A stretch of DNA of 63,731 bases, the filler included, from Chiloscyllium plagiosum (taxonomy: Eukaryota), in NCBI RefSeq assembly GCF_004010195.1. It is 4 parts of one record of this genome, joined end to end, with 100 filler letters (N's around TTAATTAATTAA, not from the genome) between each part and the next. Parts side by side here need not be neighbours in the genome. Positions count along the whole stretch, not along the records: positions 51,834 to 63,731 come from NC_057711.1; 3 more parts are not named here. One strand, given 5' to 3'. The notes under the pieces were generated by a model that had not been told where the DNA came from, ran no database searches, and saw only the letters and a list, made by a program, of their open reading frames with translations. Position 1 is the first letter of the stretch. Each line of letters opens with the position of its first letter. Below, piece after piece: positions 61,821 to 63,731 of the stretch. The translations under genes were made by a program, and so were the position numbers.

Positions 61821-62511
61821 ATACATAAGACTTCCCTTAGGTGATTAGATGAATGTAGTGAAGTCCATAATGCAGTATATAAATTATTCATTGTGTTACA
61901 GACAGATTGTACTCCTTTCTTCTCCTTACATTCCATCCATCAGGAGAGTGGTTTACTTTTCAGATAGGCTGCGGTGTGCTTTCAAACTCCTTTTTGGATG
62001 ACCTCAATTTAATGTGAGACATAACAATACCTCTTCAGTTTAAAGCAGGTCTTATTTATTTACACATGTTGGCCTTTGTGACTTCGCACACACACGTGAA
62101 AGAAAAAAGAAAATAAAAGTTAACAACAAGGAATAGATTAAAACTAAAGTTTAGATATTAGGTCATGTGAATCAGAATGCATTAGCAATCCCAACACTCA
62201 GGAGAATGGCATGTTCAGATGGCTGAGAGCATGGTCATACCAAATTCTGTTAAAGTTGGAGGTTGTTCAGTGAAATGCTGTTTCTGCTCATAGAACTAAT
62301 CTCCTTTGAAGGTGAATACCAGACTTTTCCAAAACAGGATTTTGAGGAAATGTGGACTTGAGACAGACTTAAATGCCAACCAGGAATGCTGCTTGTTGTT
62401 TCCAGTTCTAATGTTAAAAGTAGATTGAAGGCAGGGTTCAGAAATGTAGTTAATTCTTATCAAATACCAAAGGACTTTTGGTCAGGTGATGTTGTCCATA
62501 AATGAGTAGGT

Positions 62512-62910
62512 TACCATAAGACCATAATAAATAGAAACAGGAGTAGACTGTTCAACGCTTTCAGCATACTCCATCATTCAATAGGGTCATGGTTGATCCA
62601 ACACTCCTCATGTCCACTTTCCTGCCCTTTCCCTGTAAATCTTGGTATAACTACTGATCAAGAATCTATCTCTGTCAGCCTTAAGTATACACAAGGTCTC
62701 TGCCCCCATAGCTTTCTGTGGCAACAAATTCCAAAGACTCTCAACCCTTTGAGAGAAGAAATTCCTCCTAATCTCGGTTTAAATTGGTGCCCCTTTATTC
62801 TGAGACTATGTCTCTGGTCCTAGATTCTCTCATGAGGGGAAACATCCTCTCAGCATTTACCTTGACATGACCTTTAAGAATCCCACATGTTTCAATAAGA
62901 CTACCTCTCA
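62512..62910 (-). mobile_element. CR1 3' end fragment
   Basis: ccataagaccataa tail and reverse-complement CR1 C-terminal sequence. Confidence 0.75.
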
Positions 62911-63348
62911 CGTTAATGACACAAGTCTCAATGCCTCTGGTCAAAATCGAGTGCTCACTTTAGGAGTTACATGGAGATGTTATTGCTTCTGGAGGACTAT
63001 CAAGGAAATCACATCTTTTTCAGCGACTAAATCACAGAATGATTAAATATTTGGCCCATCATGTCTACAACAGCTATCTCAGCATTGCTATCATTGTCCT
63101 GTCGTGATTGCAGGTTCCATGCAATTAATAGGTGAGAAATTCCACCTCAATGATCTCGTTAGATTTATCATTACAATTACTGTGGGAAGTTTCTATGGCT
63201 GTAGCCAACTTGCAAATCTTGTGATCTGTTGCAATCCTTTTAATGCAGCAAAGTTTATATTCAAAAAATGAACAATATAGTGTAGATTTAAAACGACAAA
63301 TGTTATGGTAATTTTCAGACCTTGTGGACATGACATTCTTTTTGATCT

Positions 63349-63731
63349 GTAGAGTCATAGAGTCATAGAGATGTACAGCATGGAAACAGACCCTTCGGTC
63401 CAACCCATCCATGCCAACCAGATATCCCAACCCAATCTAGTCCCACCTGCCAGTACCCAGCCCATATCTCTCCAAACCCTTCCTATTCATATACCCATTC
63501 AAATGCCTCTTAAATGTTGCAATTGTACCAGCCTCCACCACTTCCTCTGGCAGCTCATTCCATACACGTACCACCCTCTGTGTGAAAACGTTGTACCTTA
63601 GATCTCTTTTATATCTTTCCTCTCTCACCCTAAACCTATGCCCTCTAGTTCTGGACTCCCCGATCCCAGGGAAAAGACTTTGTCTATTTACCATATCCAT
63701 GCCTCTCATAATTTTGTAAACCTCTATAAGG
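63349..63731 (-). mobile_element. Young CR1 3' end (runs off the window)
   Basis: (GACTCTAT)n tail; MRGMDMVNRQSLFPG..SRTRGHRFRVR..FTQRVVRVWNELP. Confidence 0.9.

Overview
Eukaryotic (vertebrate) genomic DNA. The repeat content (HE1-type V-SINE, CR1 LINEs with GACTCTAT tails, many Penelope-like elements) suggests a cartilaginous fish, probably a shark; this is inference. The only host coding sequence I can support is two consecutive internal exons (+ strand, 20270-20403 and 23398-23598) of a Golgi alpha-mannosidase II gene, most likely MAN2A1. The rest is intron-like DNA filled with nested transposable elements: an L1, many CR1 copies (one full length), a REX1/Babar LINE, a Tx1 fragment, a Gmr1-like Gypsy element plus a related solo LTR, Tigger/pogo and Harbinger fossils, a V-SINE and Penelope-like elements. 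The most notable signal is about 14 minimal type-I hammerhead ribozyme motifs (CUGANGA-N-stem II-GAAA-palindromic stem III-UH) carried by Penelope-derived insertions. They show at least five different stem II sequences that keep base pairing, and several short insertions break at the 5' edge of the ribozyme. Three 100-bp N-gaps with a TTAATTAATTAA core are artificial scaffold joins, so adjacency across them is unproven. Repeat boundaries were read by eye and are approximate unless a TSD is given.
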